From Escherichia coli (GTDB lineage Bacteria; Pseudomonadota; Gammaproteobacteria; Enterobacterales; Enterobacteriaceae), in assembly GCF_965641715.1 (NCBI RefSeq), contig NZ_OZ282453.1: a DNA stretch of 64,000 bases, one strand, 5' to 3'. Numbering within the stretch: position 1 is the first letter of the stretch; each line of letters opens with the position of its first letter. Shown here one piece after another: positions 30,580 through 42,683 of this stretch. Position numbers and translations under genes: made by a program. The notes under the pieces are model-generated. The model saw only the letters and a list, made by a program, of their open reading frames with translations, ran no database searches and was not told the DNA's origin.

Positions 30580-31494
30580 ATGAGTCGTTCACAAAATTTA
30601 CGCCACAATGTGATTAACCAGGTCATTGATGATATGGCGCGGGGTCATATCCCTTCCCCACTTCCATCGCAAAGTGCGCTGGCGGAAATGTACAACATCA
30701 GCCGCACTACAGTGCGTCATATTCTCAGCCACTTACGCGAATGCGGCGTCTTAACGCAGGTTGGAAACGACTATGTTATTGCGCGTAAACCTGACCATGA
30801 TGACGGTTTCGCCTGTACTACCGCTTCAATGAGTGAACAAAACAAAGTGTTTGAGCAGGCTTTTTTCACGATGATAAACCAGCGTCAGTTACGCCCTGGG
30901 GAAACTTTTTCTGAACTGCAACTGGCGCGGGCCGCGGGTGTCAGCCCGGTGGTTGTAAGAGAATATCTTTTAAAATTCGGCCGTTATAATCTTATTCAAA
31001 GCGAAAAGCGCGGCCAGTGGAGCATGAAGCAATTCGATCAATCCTACGCCGAGCAGCTGTTTGAGCTACGCGAAATGCTCGAAACACATTCACTTCAGCA
31101 CTTTCTCAACCTGCCTGATCATGATCCCCGCTGGCTGCAGGCGAAAACCATGCTCGAACGTCATCGGCTACTGCGTGACAACATCGGCAATAGCTTTCGC
31201 ATGTTCTCGCAACTTGACAGAGATTTTCACTCCTTACTGCTTTCAGCTGCCGACAATATCTTTTTTGATCAATCGCTTGAGATCATCTCAGTCATCTTTC
31301 ATTTTCACTATCAATGGGACGAAAGCGATCTTAAACAGCGCAATATCATTGCCGTCGATGAGCATATGACCATTCTCAGCGCTCTGATTTGCCGCAGTGA
31401 CCTTGATGCCACCCTTGCGCTCCGTAACCATTTGAATTCAGCGAAACAATCAATGATTCGATCCATTAATGAGAACACGCGTTATGCTCATTAA
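30580..31494 (+). CDS. lgoR: GntR-family regulator LgoR (YjjM)
   Basis: 304 aa; N-terminal HTH; position between lgoD and lgoT. Confidence 0.75.
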   Translation: MSRSQNLRHNVINQVIDDMARGHIPSPLPSQSALAEMYNISRTTVRHILSHLRECGVLTQVGNDYVIARKPDHDDGFACTTASMSEQNKVFEQAFFTMINQRQLRPGETFSELQLARAAGVSPVVVREYLLKFGRYNLIQSEKRGQWSMKQFDQSYAEQLFELREMLETHSLQHFLNLPDHDPRWLQAKTMLERHRLLRDNIGNSFRMFSQLDRDFHSLLLSAADNIFFDQSLEIISVIFHFHYQWDESDLKQRNIIAVDEHMTILSALICRSDLDATLALRNHLNSAKQSMIRSINENTRYAH

Positions 31495-31708
31495 GTACGG
31501 ATTAAAAACAGCAAACTATTAGCGGGTGCACGGTTTTATCAAAAGATAAATACCGGGAAATTCCCGCTTACCTATGCTCACAATCAGTCGACTAAAAATG
31601 TTTTTGTGAGCGGTAGTAAAGTCCTAAAACTTTAACCTGCCGTTAATGTCAACCTTGCGTAATGCACAATTACGTAAACAATTAAAATTATAAATACAGG
31701 AGTCCGGC

Positions 31709-33070
31709 GTGGAAAAAGAAAATATCACCCTCGATCCGCGTTCTTCATTTACTCCATCTTCGTCGGCAGATATTCCCGTGCCACCAGATGGATTAGTTCA
31801 ACGCAGTACCCGAATTAAACGCATTCAAACCACCGCCATGTTGTTATTATTTTTTGCGGCGGTAATCAATTATCTCGACCGCAGTTCGCTGTCGGTAGCA
31901 AATTTAACGATTCGTGAAGAATTGGGATTAAGTGCCACCGAAATCGGCGCTTTGCTCTCCGTGTTTTCACTCGCTTACGGCATTGCGCAACTTCCTTGCG
32001 GCCCACTATTGGATCGTAAAGGCCCACGCCTGATGCTGGGACTGGGGATGTTCTTCTGGTCACTGTTCCAGGCCATGTCTGGCATGGTGCACAGCTTTAC
32101 GCAGTTCGTGTTGGTGCGTATCGGTATGGGGATTGGTGAAGCGCCGATGAACCCATGCGGTGTAAAAGTCATTAACGACTGGTTCAACATCAAAGAGCGC
32201 GGACGCCCGATGGGCTTCTTCAACGCAGCTTCTACCATTGGCGTTGCCGTAAGCCCACCGATTCTGGCGGCGATGATGCTGGTGATGGGCTGGCGCGGGA
32301 TGTTTATTACCATTGGTGTACTGGGGATTTTTCTCGCCATCGGCTGGTATATGCTCTATCGCAACCGCGAGCACGTAGAACTGACTGCCGTTGAACAAGC
32401 TTATCTCAATGCAGGTAGCGTCAATGCCCGCCGAGATCCGCTCAGTTTTGCCGAATGGCGCAGCCTGTTCCGTAACCGCACAATGTGGGGAATGATGCTC
32501 GGATTCAGTGGCATCAACTACACTGCGTGGCTGTATCTGGCCTGGCTTCCTGGTTACCTGCAAACAGCCTATAACCTGGATTTAAAAAGCACAGGGTTGA
32601 TGGCGGCTATCCCTTTCCTGTTTGGGGCTGCCGGGATGCTGGTCAACGGTTACGTTACTGACTGGCTGGTCAAAGGGGGAATGGCTCCGATTAAAAGCCG
32701 TAAGATCTGCATTATTGCCGGGATGTTCTGTTCTGCCGCCTTTACGCTGATAGTACCACAAGCGACAACATCCATGATGGCGGTTCTGCTGATTGGCATG
32801 GCACTGTTCTGTATTCACTTTGCCGGAACATCCTGCTGGGGCTTGATCCACGTCGCAGTTGCTTCTCGCATGACTGCGTCGGTGGGCAGTATCCAGAACT
32901 TTGCCAGCTTCATCTGCGCCTCTTTCGCGCCGATCATTACTGGTTTTATTGTTGATACAACCCACTCATTCCGTCTGGCACTAATCATTTGCGGTTGCGT
33001 CACCGCAGCGGGAGCACTGGCGTACATCTTCCTGGTTCGTCAGCCGATCAACGACCCGCGTAAAGATTAA
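31709..33070 (+). CDS. lgoT: MFS L-galactonate transporter LgoT (YjjL)
   Basis: 453 aa, 12-TM MFS profile. Confidence 0.8.
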   Translation: MEKENITLDPRSSFTPSSSADIPVPPDGLVQRSTRIKRIQTTAMLLLFFAAVINYLDRSSLSVANLTIREELGLSATEIGALLSVFSLAYGIAQLPCGPLLDRKGPRLMLGLGMFFWSLFQAMSGMVHSFTQFVLVRIGMGIGEAPMNPCGVKVINDWFNIKERGRPMGFFNAASTIGVAVSPPILAAMMLVMGWRGMFITIGVLGIFLAIGWYMLYRNREHVELTAVEQAYLNAGSVNARRDPLSFAEWRSLFRNRTMWGMMLGFSGINYTAWLYLAWLPGYLQTAYNLDLKSTGLMAAIPFLFGAAGMLVNGYVTDWLVKGGMAPIKSRKICIIAGMFCSAAFTLIVPQATTSMMAVLLIGMALFCIHFAGTSCWGLIHVAVASRMTASVGSIQNFASFICASFAPIITGFIVDTTHSFRLALIICGCVTAAGALAYIFLVRQPINDPRKD

Positions 33071-33118
33071 ACTCCCTATGCCCGATAACATTTTGCTTAT
33101 CGGGCATTTTTATGGCGA

Positions 33119-34783
33119 TTAAAACGTTTCCCAGTTCTCCCCGCTATCTGCCACTGCCATTTTACGCGGCGTAGCTGGCGTCACGGTTTTTACCACAGCC
33201 GATGTTTCACGCTGCTGTTGCTGCTGTTGCTGAATCCGGAACACTGCCACAGCTTCGGTCAGGCGACTGGCCTGCTCTTCCAGCGCGGCGGCGGCAGCGG
33301 CAGATTCTTCCACCAGCGCGGCGTTCTGTTGAGTTACCCGGTCCATCTCAGCAACCGCTAAGCCAACCTGATCGATACCACGGCTCTGCTCATCAGAAGC
33401 AGAAGCAATTTCGCCCATAATGTCCGTCACGCGGGTCACAGCACTGACAATCTCCGCCATTGTTTCCCCGGCGCTTTCGACCAGCGTAGAGCCAACATCC
33501 ACTTTCCCCACCGAGTCTTCAATCAGGCTTTTAATTTCACGAGCCGCCTGGGCGCTACGCTGGGCCAGATTACGCACTTCACCCGCGACCACCGCAAAAC
33601 CGCGCCCTTGCTCACCCGCACGCGCAGCCTCAACCGCCGCGTTCAAAGCCAGAATATTGGTCTGGAAAGCAATGCCGTCAATTACGCTGATAATATCGGC
33701 GATTTTCTGCGAACTGGTGGAGATATCGCGCATAGTCTGCACCACGTTATCTACCACTTTGCCGCCGCGTTGCGCCGTTTCAGAAGCACTTAATGCCAGA
33801 TGGCTGGCCTGGCGCGCATTCTCGGCGTTCTGTTTCACCGTTGCGGTCAGTTGCTCCATGCTGGCTGCCGTCTCTTCCAGCGAAGCGGCCTGTTGCTCGG
33901 TGCGCGAAGAGAGATCGTTATTGCCGGTAGCGATTTCGCTGGCACCGCTATAGATGGCATTGGCCCCGTTGCGCACATCACCGACGGTACGCATCAGTTC
34001 TCCCTGCATATGGCGCAAACTCTCTGCCAGTTGCCCCATCTCATTAGAGCCATCCACCTCAATCGGTTTCACCAGATCGCCGCCTGCAATATGACGGATG
34101 CTGTCAATCAGGCGATTCATTGGCGCTACCAGCGAGGCTTTAATACCGAACCAGACGGCGAAGATGACCGCCAGTACCACGATCATCACGCCCACCAGAA
34201 TCCACATCGCCTGGCTGTAGGAGGCATTGTTATCGCTGACGGCGATATCATAGAGCCGATCGTTTTGCTCCATGTAAGCCACATACTGCTTCTCGAAACC
34301 GTCTTGATATCCCTGGGTCGGCTGATCAAAGAACTCGTTGATTTTGCCTGCACCTAACAGTTGGATCAGCTCCGCCAGCGCATTGTGATAAATATCGTAA
34401 TTACGTTTGATCTCTGCCGCTGCGGCGGTGCTCTGACGCGGGTCACGCGGCAACGCTTCGTAATCCGCCCAGTTTTTTTCCGCCTGTTTCAACGAAATAC
34501 TGGCACTCTGCATCAGCTCAGCAACGGTTGAACCGCTACCAATATTATTCTGATCCATCATGTAGCGGATACCCGCGCGGTTGAGGGTGTTACGCGTCTG
34601 CAACAACGCGACCCAGCTGCCATTCAGCGTGGATTGCTGCTGGCGAATGGTTTGTAAAACAGTGAAATTTTCTTTGTCATTCTTTAAGGCATTAAAGAAC
34701 AGACCGCCTGATGTCAGTTGTAAAAGGCCAAAAACGGCCAAAACCAGCAGTAAGCTGGTCACGATCTTGATACGTTTTAACAT
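33119..34783 (-). CDS. tsr: Methyl-accepting chemotaxis protein I (serine chemoreceptor Tsr)
   Basis: 554 aa; highly conserved MCP signalling domain; C-terminal NWETF pentapeptide. Confidence 0.9.
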   Translation of the reverse strand: MLKRIKIVTSLLLVLAVFGLLQLTSGGLFFNALKNDKENFTVLQTIRQQQSTLNGSWVALLQTRNTLNRAGIRYMMDQNNIGSGSTVAELMQSASISLKQAEKNWADYEALPRDPRQSTAAAAEIKRNYDIYHNALAELIQLLGAGKINEFFDQPTQGYQDGFEKQYVAYMEQNDRLYDIAVSDNNASYSQAMWILVGVMIVVLAVIFAVWFGIKASLVAPMNRLIDSIRHIAGGDLVKPIEVDGSNEMGQLAESLRHMQGELMRTVGDVRNGANAIYSGASEIATGNNDLSSRTEQQAASLEETAASMEQLTATVKQNAENARQASHLALSASETAQRGGKVVDNVVQTMRDISTSSQKIADIISVIDGIAFQTNILALNAAVEAARAGEQGRGFAVVAGEVRNLAQRSAQAAREIKSLIEDSVGKVDVGSTLVESAGETMAEIVSAVTRVTDIMGEIASASDEQSRGIDQVGLAVAEMDRVTQQNAALVEESAAAAAALEEQASRLTEAVAVFRIQQQQQQQRETSAVVKTVTPATPRKMAVADSGENWETF

Positions 34784-34901
34784 GGTTTCTCTTTCCTGTG
34801 GACCGATGCAAGATTTTCGGCCTGGAAAGCAAAAACTTTATGAAAAGGTGTAACCCGCCATCCATGGAAAAACCAGGCGCTGGTTATCAGATACTAAAAA
34901 G

Positions 34902-35348
34902 TTATTCATTATCGCCCGGGATGTCTTCTTGTCGGGAATTGCCCAGAGCAATAAATTCCTCTAACAGATGGGTTAACTGTTGCATTTTCTCGGCAGTAAA
35001 CTGAGCTTCAATCTGCCGATAGGCTTCTTCAATCTGTGTCTGAGCGCGGTTATACAGCGCCTGCCCCTCTTTGGTCAGCGAGATATAGAGCTTCCGCTGA
35101 TCATTGATCGGCTTTAATCGCAACACTAGACCGTCGCGTTCCATCCGCGTGAGGATCCCGGTCAGGCTTGGGCGCAAAATGCAGGCGCGATACGCCAGAT
35201 CGTGAAAATCCATTGATGGGCTTTCCGCCAGAATACGCACGATGCGCCACTGTTGCTCAGTCAAATTATGCCGTTTAACGATTGGGCGAAAATAACTCAT
35301 CGCCGCTTCTCGCGCCTGGAGCAACGCAATGGTTAGTGAGTCGTGCAT
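34902..35348 (-). CDS. hpaR: MarR-family repressor HpaR of the hpa operon
   Basis: 148 aa from MHDSLTIALLQ; MarR wHTH; divergent from hpaG. Confidence 0.75.
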   Translation of the reverse strand: MHDSLTIALLQAREAAMSYFRPIVKRHNLTEQQWRIVRILAESPSMDFHDLAYRACILRPSLTGILTRMERDGLVLRLKPINDQRKLYISLTKEGQALYNRAQTQIEEAYRQIEAQFTAEKMQQLTHLLEEFIALGNSRQEDIPGDNE

Positions 35349-35619
35349 TATCTTTCCCCTGAAAAATTCAAAATCATTAATATAGAAACAGTTAATCGTC
35401 ACGTTACCGGGACTGCGCTGTCCCTGCAATTCCTGATTTTATCAAAATTGATGATATTTTATTAACTTACTGATATTTAATATTTTATTATCTTTAAATG
35501 TAAATAGTTTGTTAATTAGATCACATTTACATCACTTACTTTTGCCAAACTACGCAATCGGGAATAAAAGTAATCATTAACATATTAATGATTAAGATGA
35601 TCGAATCCGAGGAGTGGTA

Positions 35620-36909
35620 ATGAAAGGCACTATCTTCGCCGTAGCGTTGAACCATCGCAGCCAGCTTGATGCATGGCAGGACGCGTTCCAGCAATCCCCC
35701 TACAAAGCCCCGCCTAAAACTGCGGTCTGGTTTATTAAACCGCGCAATACGGTGATTGGTTGCGGTGAACCGATTCCCTTTCCACAGAGTGAAAAGGTAC
35801 TGAGCGGTGCGACAGTTGCGCTGATTGTGGGAAAAACGGCGACGAAAGTACGTGAAGAAGATGCGGCAGAGTACATCGCCGGATATGCGCTGGCTAACGA
35901 CGTCAGCCTGCCGGAAGAGAGCTTTTACCGTCCGGCAATCAAAGCAAAATGTCGTGATGGATTCTGCCCCATTGGCGAAACCGTGGCTCTCAGCAATGTC
36001 GATAATCTGACTATCTATACCGAGATCAACGGGCGTCCTGCCGATCACTGGAATACCGCCGATTTACAACGTAACGCCGCACAGCTGCTGAGCGCCCTGA
36101 GCGAATTTGCCACGCTGAATCCAGGCGATGCTATTCTGCTCGGCACGCCACAGGCGCGCGTGGAAATACAGCCAGGCGATCGCGTGCGTGTTCTCGCAGA
36201 AGGTTTCCCGCCGCTGGAAAATCCGGTAGTGGACGAACGTGAAGTGACCACGCGCAAGAGCTTCCCAACGCAGCCACACCCGCACGGCACGCTGTTTGCC
36301 CTCGGCCTGAACTACGCCGACCACGCCAGCGAACTGGAATTTAAGCCACCGGAAGAACCGCTGGTGTTCCTGAAAGCGCCGAATACCCTCACTGGCGATA
36401 ACCAGACCTCCGTGCGCCCGAACAATATTGAATACATGCACTACGAAGCGGAGCTGGTGGTGGTGATTGGCAAGCAGGCGCGTAACGTCAGCGAAGCCGA
36501 TGCCATGGATTATGTCGCGGGCTACACCGTGTGTAACGACTACGCCATTCGCGACTATCTGGAAAACTACTACCGCCCTAACCTGCGGGTAAAAAGCCGC
36601 GACGGACTGACGCCGATGCTTTCAACCATCGTGCCGAAAGAGGCGATCCCGGACCCGCATAATCTGACCCTTCGCACCTTCGTCAACGGCGAGTTACGCC
36701 AGCAAGGCACCACCGCCGATCTGATCTTCAGCGTGCCCTTCCTGATCGCCTACTTAAGCGAATTTATGACCCTGAATCCGGGCGACATGATCGCCACCGG
36801 CACACCAAAAGGCTTATCTGACGTGGTGCCTGGCGATGAAGTAGTGGTGGAAGTAGAAGGCGTGGGCCGCTTGGTGAACCGAATTGTGAGTGAGGATACA
36901 GCGAAATGA
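35620..36909 (+). CDS. hpaG: Bifunctional HpaG isomerase/decarboxylase (FAH family, two domains)
   Basis: About 429 aa; tandem fumarylacetoacetate-hydrolase-like domains. Confidence 0.8.
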   Translation: MKGTIFAVALNHRSQLDAWQDAFQQSPYKAPPKTAVWFIKPRNTVIGCGEPIPFPQSEKVLSGATVALIVGKTATKVREEDAAEYIAGYALANDVSLPEESFYRPAIKAKCRDGFCPIGETVALSNVDNLTIYTEINGRPADHWNTADLQRNAAQLLSALSEFATLNPGDAILLGTPQARVEIQPGDRVRVLAEGFPPLENPVVDEREVTTRKSFPTQPHPHGTLFALGLNYADHASELEFKPPEEPLVFLKAPNTLTGDNQTSVRPNNIEYMHYEAELVVVIGKQARNVSEADAMDYVAGYTVCNDYAIRDYLENYYRPNLRVKSRDGLTPMLSTIVPKEAIPDPHNLTLRTFVNGELRQQGTTADLIFSVPFLIAYLSEFMTLNPGDMIATGTPKGLSDVVPGDEVVVEVEGVGRLVNRIVSEDTAK

Positions 36910-38372
36910 AAAAAGTAAATCATTGGATCAACGGCAAAAATGTCGCAGGTAACGACTACTTCCAGACCACCAATCCGGCAACCGGTGAAGTGCTGGCGGA
37001 TGTGGCCTCTGGCGGTGAAGCGGAGATCAATCAGGCGGTAGCGGCAGCGAAAGAGGCGTTCCCGAAATGGGCCAATCTGCCGATGAAAGAGCGTGCGCGC
37101 CTGATGCGCCGTCTGGGCGATCTGATCGACCAGAACGTGCCGGAGATCGCCGCGATGGAAACCGCTGACACGGGCCTGCCGATCCATCAGACCAAAAACG
37201 TGTTGATCCCACGCGCTTCCCACAACTTTGAATTTTTCGCGGAAGTCTGCCAGCAGATGAACGGCAAGACCTATCCGGTTGACGACAAGATGCTCAACTA
37301 CACGCTGGTGCAGCCGGTGGGCGTTTGTGCGCTGGTATCGCCGTGGAACGTGCCGTTTATGACCGCCACCTGGAAGGTCGCGCCGTGTCTGGCGCTGGGC
37401 AATACCGCGGTGCTGAAGATGTCCGAACTCTCCCCGCTGACCGCTGACCGCCTGGGTGAGCTGGCGCTGGAAGCCGGTATTCCGGCGGGCGTGCTGAACG
37501 TGGTACAGGGCTACGGCGCAACCGCAGGCGATGCGCTGGTCCGTCATCATGACGTGCGTGCCGTGTCGTTCACCGGCGGTACGGCGACCGGGCGCAATAT
37601 CATGAAAAACGCCGGGCTGAAAAAATACTCCATGGAACTGGGCGGTAAATCGCCGGTGCTGATTTTTGAAGATGCCGATATTGAGCGCGCGCTGGACGCC
37701 GCCCTGTTCACCATCTTCTCGATCAACGGCGAACGCTGCACCGCCGGTTCGCGCATCTTTATTCAGCAGAGCATCTACCCGGAATTTATAAAGCGCTTTG
37801 CCGAACGCGCTAACCGTCTGCGCGTGGGCGATCCGACCGATCCGAATACCCAGGTGGGGGCGCTTATCAGCCAGCAACACTGGGAAAAAGTCTCCGGCTA
37901 TATCCGTCTGGGCATTGAAGAAGGCGCAACCCTGCTGGCGGGCGGCCCGGATAAACCGTCCGACCTGCCTGCGCACCTGAAAGGCGGCAACTTCCTGCGC
38001 CCAACGGTGCTGGCGGATGTCGATAACCGCATGCGAGTGGCGCAGGAAGAGATCTTCGGGCCGGTCGCCTGCCTGCTGCCGTTTAAAGACGAAGCCGAAG
38101 GTCTGCGCCTGGCAAACGACGTGGAGTACGGCCTCGCGTCGTACATCTGGACACAGGATGTCAGCAAAGTGTTACGCCTGGCGCGTGGCATTGAAGCAGG
38201 CATGGTGTTCGTCAACACCCAGAACGTGCGTGACCTGCGCCAGCCATTTGGCGGCGTAAAAGCCTCCGGCACCGGGCGTGAAGGCGGTGAGTACAGCTTC
38301 GAAGTGTTCGCGGAAATGAAGAACGTCTGCATTTCCATGGGCGACCATCCCATTCCGAAATGGGGAGTCTGA
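36906..38372 (+). CDS. hpaE: 5-carboxymethyl-2-hydroxymuconate semialdehyde dehydrogenase
   Basis: 488 aa aldehyde dehydrogenase (ELGGKSP, catalytic Cys context GERCTAGSR). Confidence 0.85.
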   Translation: MKKVNHWINGKNVAGNDYFQTTNPATGEVLADVASGGEAEINQAVAAAKEAFPKWANLPMKERARLMRRLGDLIDQNVPEIAAMETADTGLPIHQTKNVLIPRASHNFEFFAEVCQQMNGKTYPVDDKMLNYTLVQPVGVCALVSPWNVPFMTATWKVAPCLALGNTAVLKMSELSPLTADRLGELALEAGIPAGVLNVVQGYGATAGDALVRHHDVRAVSFTGGTATGRNIMKNAGLKKYSMELGGKSPVLIFEDADIERALDAALFTIFSINGERCTAGSRIFIQQSIYPEFIKRFAERANRLRVGDPTDPNTQVGALISQQHWEKVSGYIRLGIEEGATLLAGGPDKPSDLPAHLKGGNFLRPTVLADVDNRMRVAQEEIFGPVACLLPFKDEAEGLRLANDVEYGLASYIWTQDVSKVLRLARGIEAGMVFVNTQNVRDLRQPFGGVKASGTGREGGEYSFEVFAEMKNVCISMGDHPIPKWGV

Positions 38373-38373
38373 T

Positions 38374-39225
38374 ATGGGTAAGTTAGCATTAGCAGCAAAA
38401 ATCACACACGTACCGTCGATGTATCTCTCTGAACTGCCTGGGAAAAACCACGGTTGTCGCCAGGGCGCGATCGACGGGCATAAAGAGATCAGCAAGCGTT
38501 GCCGGGAAATGGGCGTCGATACCATTATCGTTTTCGATACCCACTGGCTGGTCAACAGTGCTTATCACATCAACTGTGCAGACCATTTTGAAGGCGTCTA
38601 CACCAGCAACGAGCTGCCGCATTTTATTCGTGACATGACCTACAACTACGAGGGCAACCCGGAGTTGGGGCAGCTTATTGCCGATGAAGCCTTAAAGCTC
38701 GGCGTGCGGGCGAAAGCGCACAACATTCCCAGCCTCAAACTGGAGTACGGCACGCTGGTACCGATGCGCTACATGAATGAAGACAAGCGCTTCAAAGTGG
38801 TCTCCATTTCGGCTTTCTGCACGGTTCACGATTTTGCCGACAGCCGCAAGCTGGGCGAAGCGATTCTGAAAGCGATCGAACAGTACGACGGCACCGTGGC
38901 GGTCCTTGCCAGCGGTTCGTTATCGCACCGCTTTATTGACGATCAGCGTGCGGAAGAAGGGATGAACAGCTATACCCGCGAGTTCGACCGCCAGATGGAC
39001 GAGCGTGTGGTGAAGCTGTGGCGCGAAGGCCAGTTCAAAGAGTTTTGCAATATGCTGCCGGAGTACACCGACTACTGCTACGGCGAAGGCAATATGCACG
39101 ACACGGTGATGCTGCTGGGGATGCTCGGCTGGGATAAATACGACGGCAAGGTGGAGTTTATTACCGAGCTGTTCCCAAGCTCTGGCACCGGTCAGGTTAA
39201 CGCTGTTTTCCCGCTGCCCGCGTAA
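38374..39225 (+). CDS. hpaD: Homoprotocatechuate 2,3-dioxygenase (extradiol)
   Basis: 283 aa; position within the hpaGEDFHI operon. Confidence 0.85.
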   Translation: MGKLALAAKITHVPSMYLSELPGKNHGCRQGAIDGHKEISKRCREMGVDTIIVFDTHWLVNSAYHINCADHFEGVYTSNELPHFIRDMTYNYEGNPELGQLIADEALKLGVRAKAHNIPSLKLEYGTLVPMRYMNEDKRFKVVSISAFCTVHDFADSRKLGEAILKAIEQYDGTVAVLASGSLSHRFIDDQRAEEGMNSYTREFDRQMDERVVKLWREGQFKEFCNMLPEYTDYCYGEGNMHDTVMLLGMLGWDKYDGKVEFITELFPSSGTGQVNAVFPLPA

Positions 39226-39234
39226 GGACGTTTT

Positions 39235-39615
39235 ATGCCGCACTTTATCGTGGAATGTACTGAAAATATTCGTGAAGAAGCCCGCTTACCTGAGCTGTTT
39301 GCCAGTGTTAACACTGCACTGGCGGCAACGGGGATTTTTCCGCTTGGGGGAATACGTAGCCGGGCGCACTGGATCGATACCTGGCAAATGGCTGATGGCA
39401 AGCACGATTACGCCTTTGTGCATATGACGCTAAAAATCGGCAGCGGACGCAGTCTGGAAAGCCGTCAGGAAGTGGGCGAAATGCTGTTTGATCTGATTAA
39501 AACGCACTTCGCCTCACTGATGGAGAGCCGTTACCTGGCGCTTTCATTTGAGATTGCAGAGCTGCACCCGACGTTGAATTTCAAACAGAACAACGTACAC
39601 GCGTTGTTTAAATAA
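39235..39615 (+). CDS. hpaF: 5-carboxymethyl-2-hydroxymuconate isomerase
   Basis: 126 aa, MPHFIVECT tautomerase-like N-terminus. Confidence 0.8.
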   Translation: MPHFIVECTENIREEARLPELFASVNTALAATGIFPLGGIRSRAHWIDTWQMADGKHDYAFVHMTLKIGSGRSLESRQEVGEMLFDLIKTHFASLMESRYLALSFEIAELHPTLNFKQNNVHALFK

Positions 39616-39682
39616 ATTTGCACCAGCTTCCAGGCCGGATGATAAGGCGCTGCCGCATCCGGCAATGCCACAGGATATCGCT

Positions 39683-40486
39683 ATGTTCGATAAACACACC
39701 CACACCCTGATCGCCCAGCGTCTGGATCAGGCAGAAAAACAGCGCGAACAGATCCGCGCGATCTCCCTGGATTATCCGGAGATCACCATCGAAGACGCTT
39801 ACGCGGTGCAGCGTGAATGGGTTCGACTGAAAATCGCCGAAGGTCGCACGCTGAAAGGCCACAAAATCGGCCTGACCTCGAAAGCGATGCAGGCCAGCTC
39901 GCAGATCAGCGAACCAGATTACGGTGCCCTGCTGGATGACATGTTCTTCCACGATGGCAGCGATATCCCGACCGATCGCTTTATCGTGCCGCGCATTGAA
40001 GTGGAGCTGGCTTTCGTGCTGGCAAAACCGCTGCGTGGGCCAAACTGCACGCTGTTCGACGTTTACAACGCCACGGACTATGTGATCCCGGCGCTGGAGC
40101 TGATCGACGCTCGCTGCCACAACATCGATCCGGAAACCCAGCGCCCGCGTAAAGTGTTCGACACCATTTCTGATAACGCCGCCAATGCCGGGGTGATCCT
40201 CGGTGGTCGTCCCATTAAGCCCGATGAGTTGGATCTACGTTGGATCTCCGCCCTGATGTATCGCAATGGCGTGATTGAAGAAACCGGCGTCGCCGCTGGT
40301 GTGCTGAATCATCCGGCAAACGGCGTGGCCTGGCTGGCGAACAAACTCGCACCCTATGACGTACAACTGGAAGCCGGGCAAATCATTCTCGGCGGTTCGT
40401 TTACCCGCCCGGTTCCGGCGCGTAAGGGCGACACCTTCCACGTCGATTACGGCAACATGGGCTCCATTAGCTGCCGCTTTGTTTAA
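39683..40486 (+). CDS. hpaH: 2-oxo-hept-3-ene-1,7-dioate hydratase
   Basis: 267 aa from MFDKHTHTL; the ORF track starts 18 nt upstream. Confidence 0.8.
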   Translation: MFDKHTHTLIAQRLDQAEKQREQIRAISLDYPEITIEDAYAVQREWVRLKIAEGRTLKGHKIGLTSKAMQASSQISEPDYGALLDDMFFHDGSDIPTDRFIVPRIEVELAFVLAKPLRGPNCTLFDVYNATDYVIPALELIDARCHNIDPETQRPRKVFDTISDNAANAGVILGGRPIKPDELDLRWISALMYRNGVIEETGVAAGVLNHPANGVAWLANKLAPYDVQLEAGQIILGGSFTRPVPARKGDTFHVDYGNMGSISCRFV

Positions 40487-40496
40487 GGAGAGAACG

Positions 40497-41300
40497 ATGG
40501 AAAACAGTTTTAAAGCGGCGCTGAAAGCAGGCCGCCCGCAGATCGGATTATGGCTGGGGCTGAGTAGCAGTTACAGCGCAGAGTTACTGGCCGGAGCAGG
40601 ATTCGACTGGTTGTTGATCGACGGTGAACACGCGCCGAACAACGTGCAAACCGTGCTCACCCAGCTACAGGCGATTGCGCCCTATCCCAGCCAACCGGTA
40701 GTACGTCCGTCGTGGAACGATCCAGTGCAAATCAAACAACTGCTGGACGTCGGTACACAAACCTTACTGGTGCCGATGGTACAAAACGCTGACGAAGCCC
40801 GTGAAGCGGTATGCGCCACCCGTTATCCCCCCGCCGGTATTCGCGGTGTGGGCAGTGCGCTGGCTCGCGCCTCGCGCTGGAATCGTATTCCTGATTACCT
40901 GCAAAAAGCCAACGATCAAATGTGCGTGCTGGTGCAGATCGAAACGCGTGAGGCAATGAAGAACTTACCGCAGATTCTGGACGTGGAAGGAGTCGACGGC
41001 GTGTTTATCGGCCCGGCGGATCTGAGCGCCGATATGGGTTATGCCGGTAATCCACAGCACCCGGAAGTACAGGTCGCCATTGAGCAGGCGATCGTGCAGA
41101 TCCGCGAAGCGGGCAAAGCGCCGGGGATTCTGATCGCCAATGAGCAACTGGCAAAACGCTATCTGGAACTGGGCGCGCTGTTTGTCGCCGTCGGCGTTGA
41201 CACCACCCTGCTCGCCCGCGCCGCTGAAGCGCTGGCAGCACGGTTTGGTAATAGTTCTTCTATTTCGATGGCGAAGCAAAACAACAACTCTGTCTACTAA
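40497..41300 (+). CDS. hpaI: 4-hydroxy-2-oxoheptanedioate aldolase
   Basis: Start at [19 protein letters not shown], class II aldolase family; the ORF track extends upstream. Confidence 0.8.
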   Translation: MENSFKAALKAGRPQIGLWLGLSSSYSAELLAGAGFDWLLIDGEHAPNNVQTVLTQLQAIAPYPSQPVVRPSWNDPVQIKQLLDVGTQTLLVPMVQNADEAREAVCATRYPPAGIRGVGSALARASRWNRIPDYLQKANDQMCVLVQIETREAMKNLPQILDVEGVDGVFIGPADLSADMGYAGNPQHPEVQVAIEQAIVQIREAGKAPGILIANEQLAKRYLELGALFVAVGVDTTLLARAAEALAARFGNSSSISMAKQNNNSVY

Positions 41301-41321
41301 ACGTACGATGTGGAGCGCATC

Positions 41322-42677
41322 ATGACGACCTCTACCCTGCAATATAAAGATAATAAAACTGTTGAAATTGAACATCGTGTCATTAATAAATTATTTCGTC
41401 GCCTAATCATTTTTCTTTTTATTCTGTTTGTTTTTTCGTTTCTTGATCGCATCAATATAGGATTTGCCGGACTGACAATGGGCAAGGATCTTGGCCTGAC
41501 GTCCACAATGTTTGGCCTCGCCGCGACACTCTTTTATGTCACGTACGTCATGTGCGGGATCCCCAGTAATATGATGTTAGCGAAAATTGGCGCTCGTCGA
41601 TGGATCGCTGGGATCATGGTGGTCTGGGGAATTGCTTCCACCTGCACAATGTTTGCAACAAGCCCCGAAACACTCTATCTACTGCGTATGCTGGTTGGTA
41701 TTGCTGAGGCGGGTTTTTTACCTGGTATTTTGGTTTATCTGACCTGGTGGTTCCCGGCATATCATCGGGCCAGAGCCAATGCCTTATTTATGATAGCGAT
41801 GCCAGTCACTATGATGCTGGGATCGATCCTTTCAGGCTACATTCTGGCCTTGGATGGACTGTGGAATCTAAAAGGCTGGCAATGGCTCTTTTTGCTGGAA
41901 GGTCTGCCATCGGTCATTCTTGGTGTCGTCACCTGGTTTTATCTCAACGACACACCAGACCAGGCGACCTGGCTTGATGAAAACGAAAAACAGGCTTTAA
42001 AAACGATGATTCTCCGTGAACAAGAGAGTGCATTTGCCCATGCATCTGTTCCACGCTCAACCTTACGTGAAGTCCTGACCCCAGCCATCATGCTATATAC
42101 ACTTGCTTATTTTTGCCTGACCAATACTCTGAGTGCGATTAATATCTGGACGCCGCAAATCCTACAGAGTTTCAATACTGGCAGTAGCAACATCATGATT
42201 GGTTTGCTGGCGGCCATCCCCCAATTCTGCACAATTTTTGGCATGATCTGGTGGAGTCGTCGTTCCGACCGTCTTAAAGAACGCAAAAAGCATACGATTC
42301 TTCCCTACCTGTTTGCCGCTGCCGGATGGTTACTCGCTTCTGCGACAGATCACAGCCTCATTCAACTGAGCGGCATCATTATGGCCTCAATGGGATCATT
42401 TACCGCGATGGCTATCTTTTGGACAACACCGGATCAAGTTATAAGCTTGCAATCGCGTGCCGTTGCGATGGCTGTCATCAATGCTGTCGGCAATGTAGGT
42501 TCAGCAGTCAGTCCATTACTTATCGGTATTTTGAAAGATGCAACCGGCAGTTTTAGCTCAGGTTTGTGGTTTGTAGCAGGATTGCTGGTACTGGGCGCGT
42601 TAGTCATGACCCGAATCCCTATGGGGAGTCGGGAACACTCTCTTTCATCTGAACTTATCGCACCAAAACCGCAATAA
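41322..42677 (+). CDS. hpaX: MFS 4-hydroxyphenylacetate transporter
   Basis: About 451 aa, 12-TM MFS; start could be 41310. Confidence 0.75.
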   Translation: MTTSTLQYKDNKTVEIEHRVINKLFRRLIIFLFILFVFSFLDRINIGFAGLTMGKDLGLTSTMFGLAATLFYVTYVMCGIPSNMMLAKIGARRWIAGIMVVWGIASTCTMFATSPETLYLLRMLVGIAEAGFLPGILVYLTWWFPAYHRARANALFMIAMPVTMMLGSILSGYILALDGLWNLKGWQWLFLLEGLPSVILGVVTWFYLNDTPDQATWLDENEKQALKTMILREQESAFAHASVPRSTLREVLTPAIMLYTLAYFCLTNTLSAINIWTPQILQSFNTGSSNIMIGLLAAIPQFCTIFGMIWWSRRSDRLKERKKHTILPYLFAAAGWLLASATDHSLIQLSGIIMASMGSFTAMAIFWTTPDQVISLQSRAVAMAVINAVGNVGSAVSPLLIGILKDATGSFSSGLWFVAGLLVLGALVMTRIPMGSREHSLSSELIAPKPQ

Positions 42678-42683
42678 GGAGTC

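Noticed and set aside
36750-37976. 408-aa minus-strand ORF
   Set aside because: Antisense to hpaG/hpaE; Arg/Gly-rich composition typical of a spurious ORF
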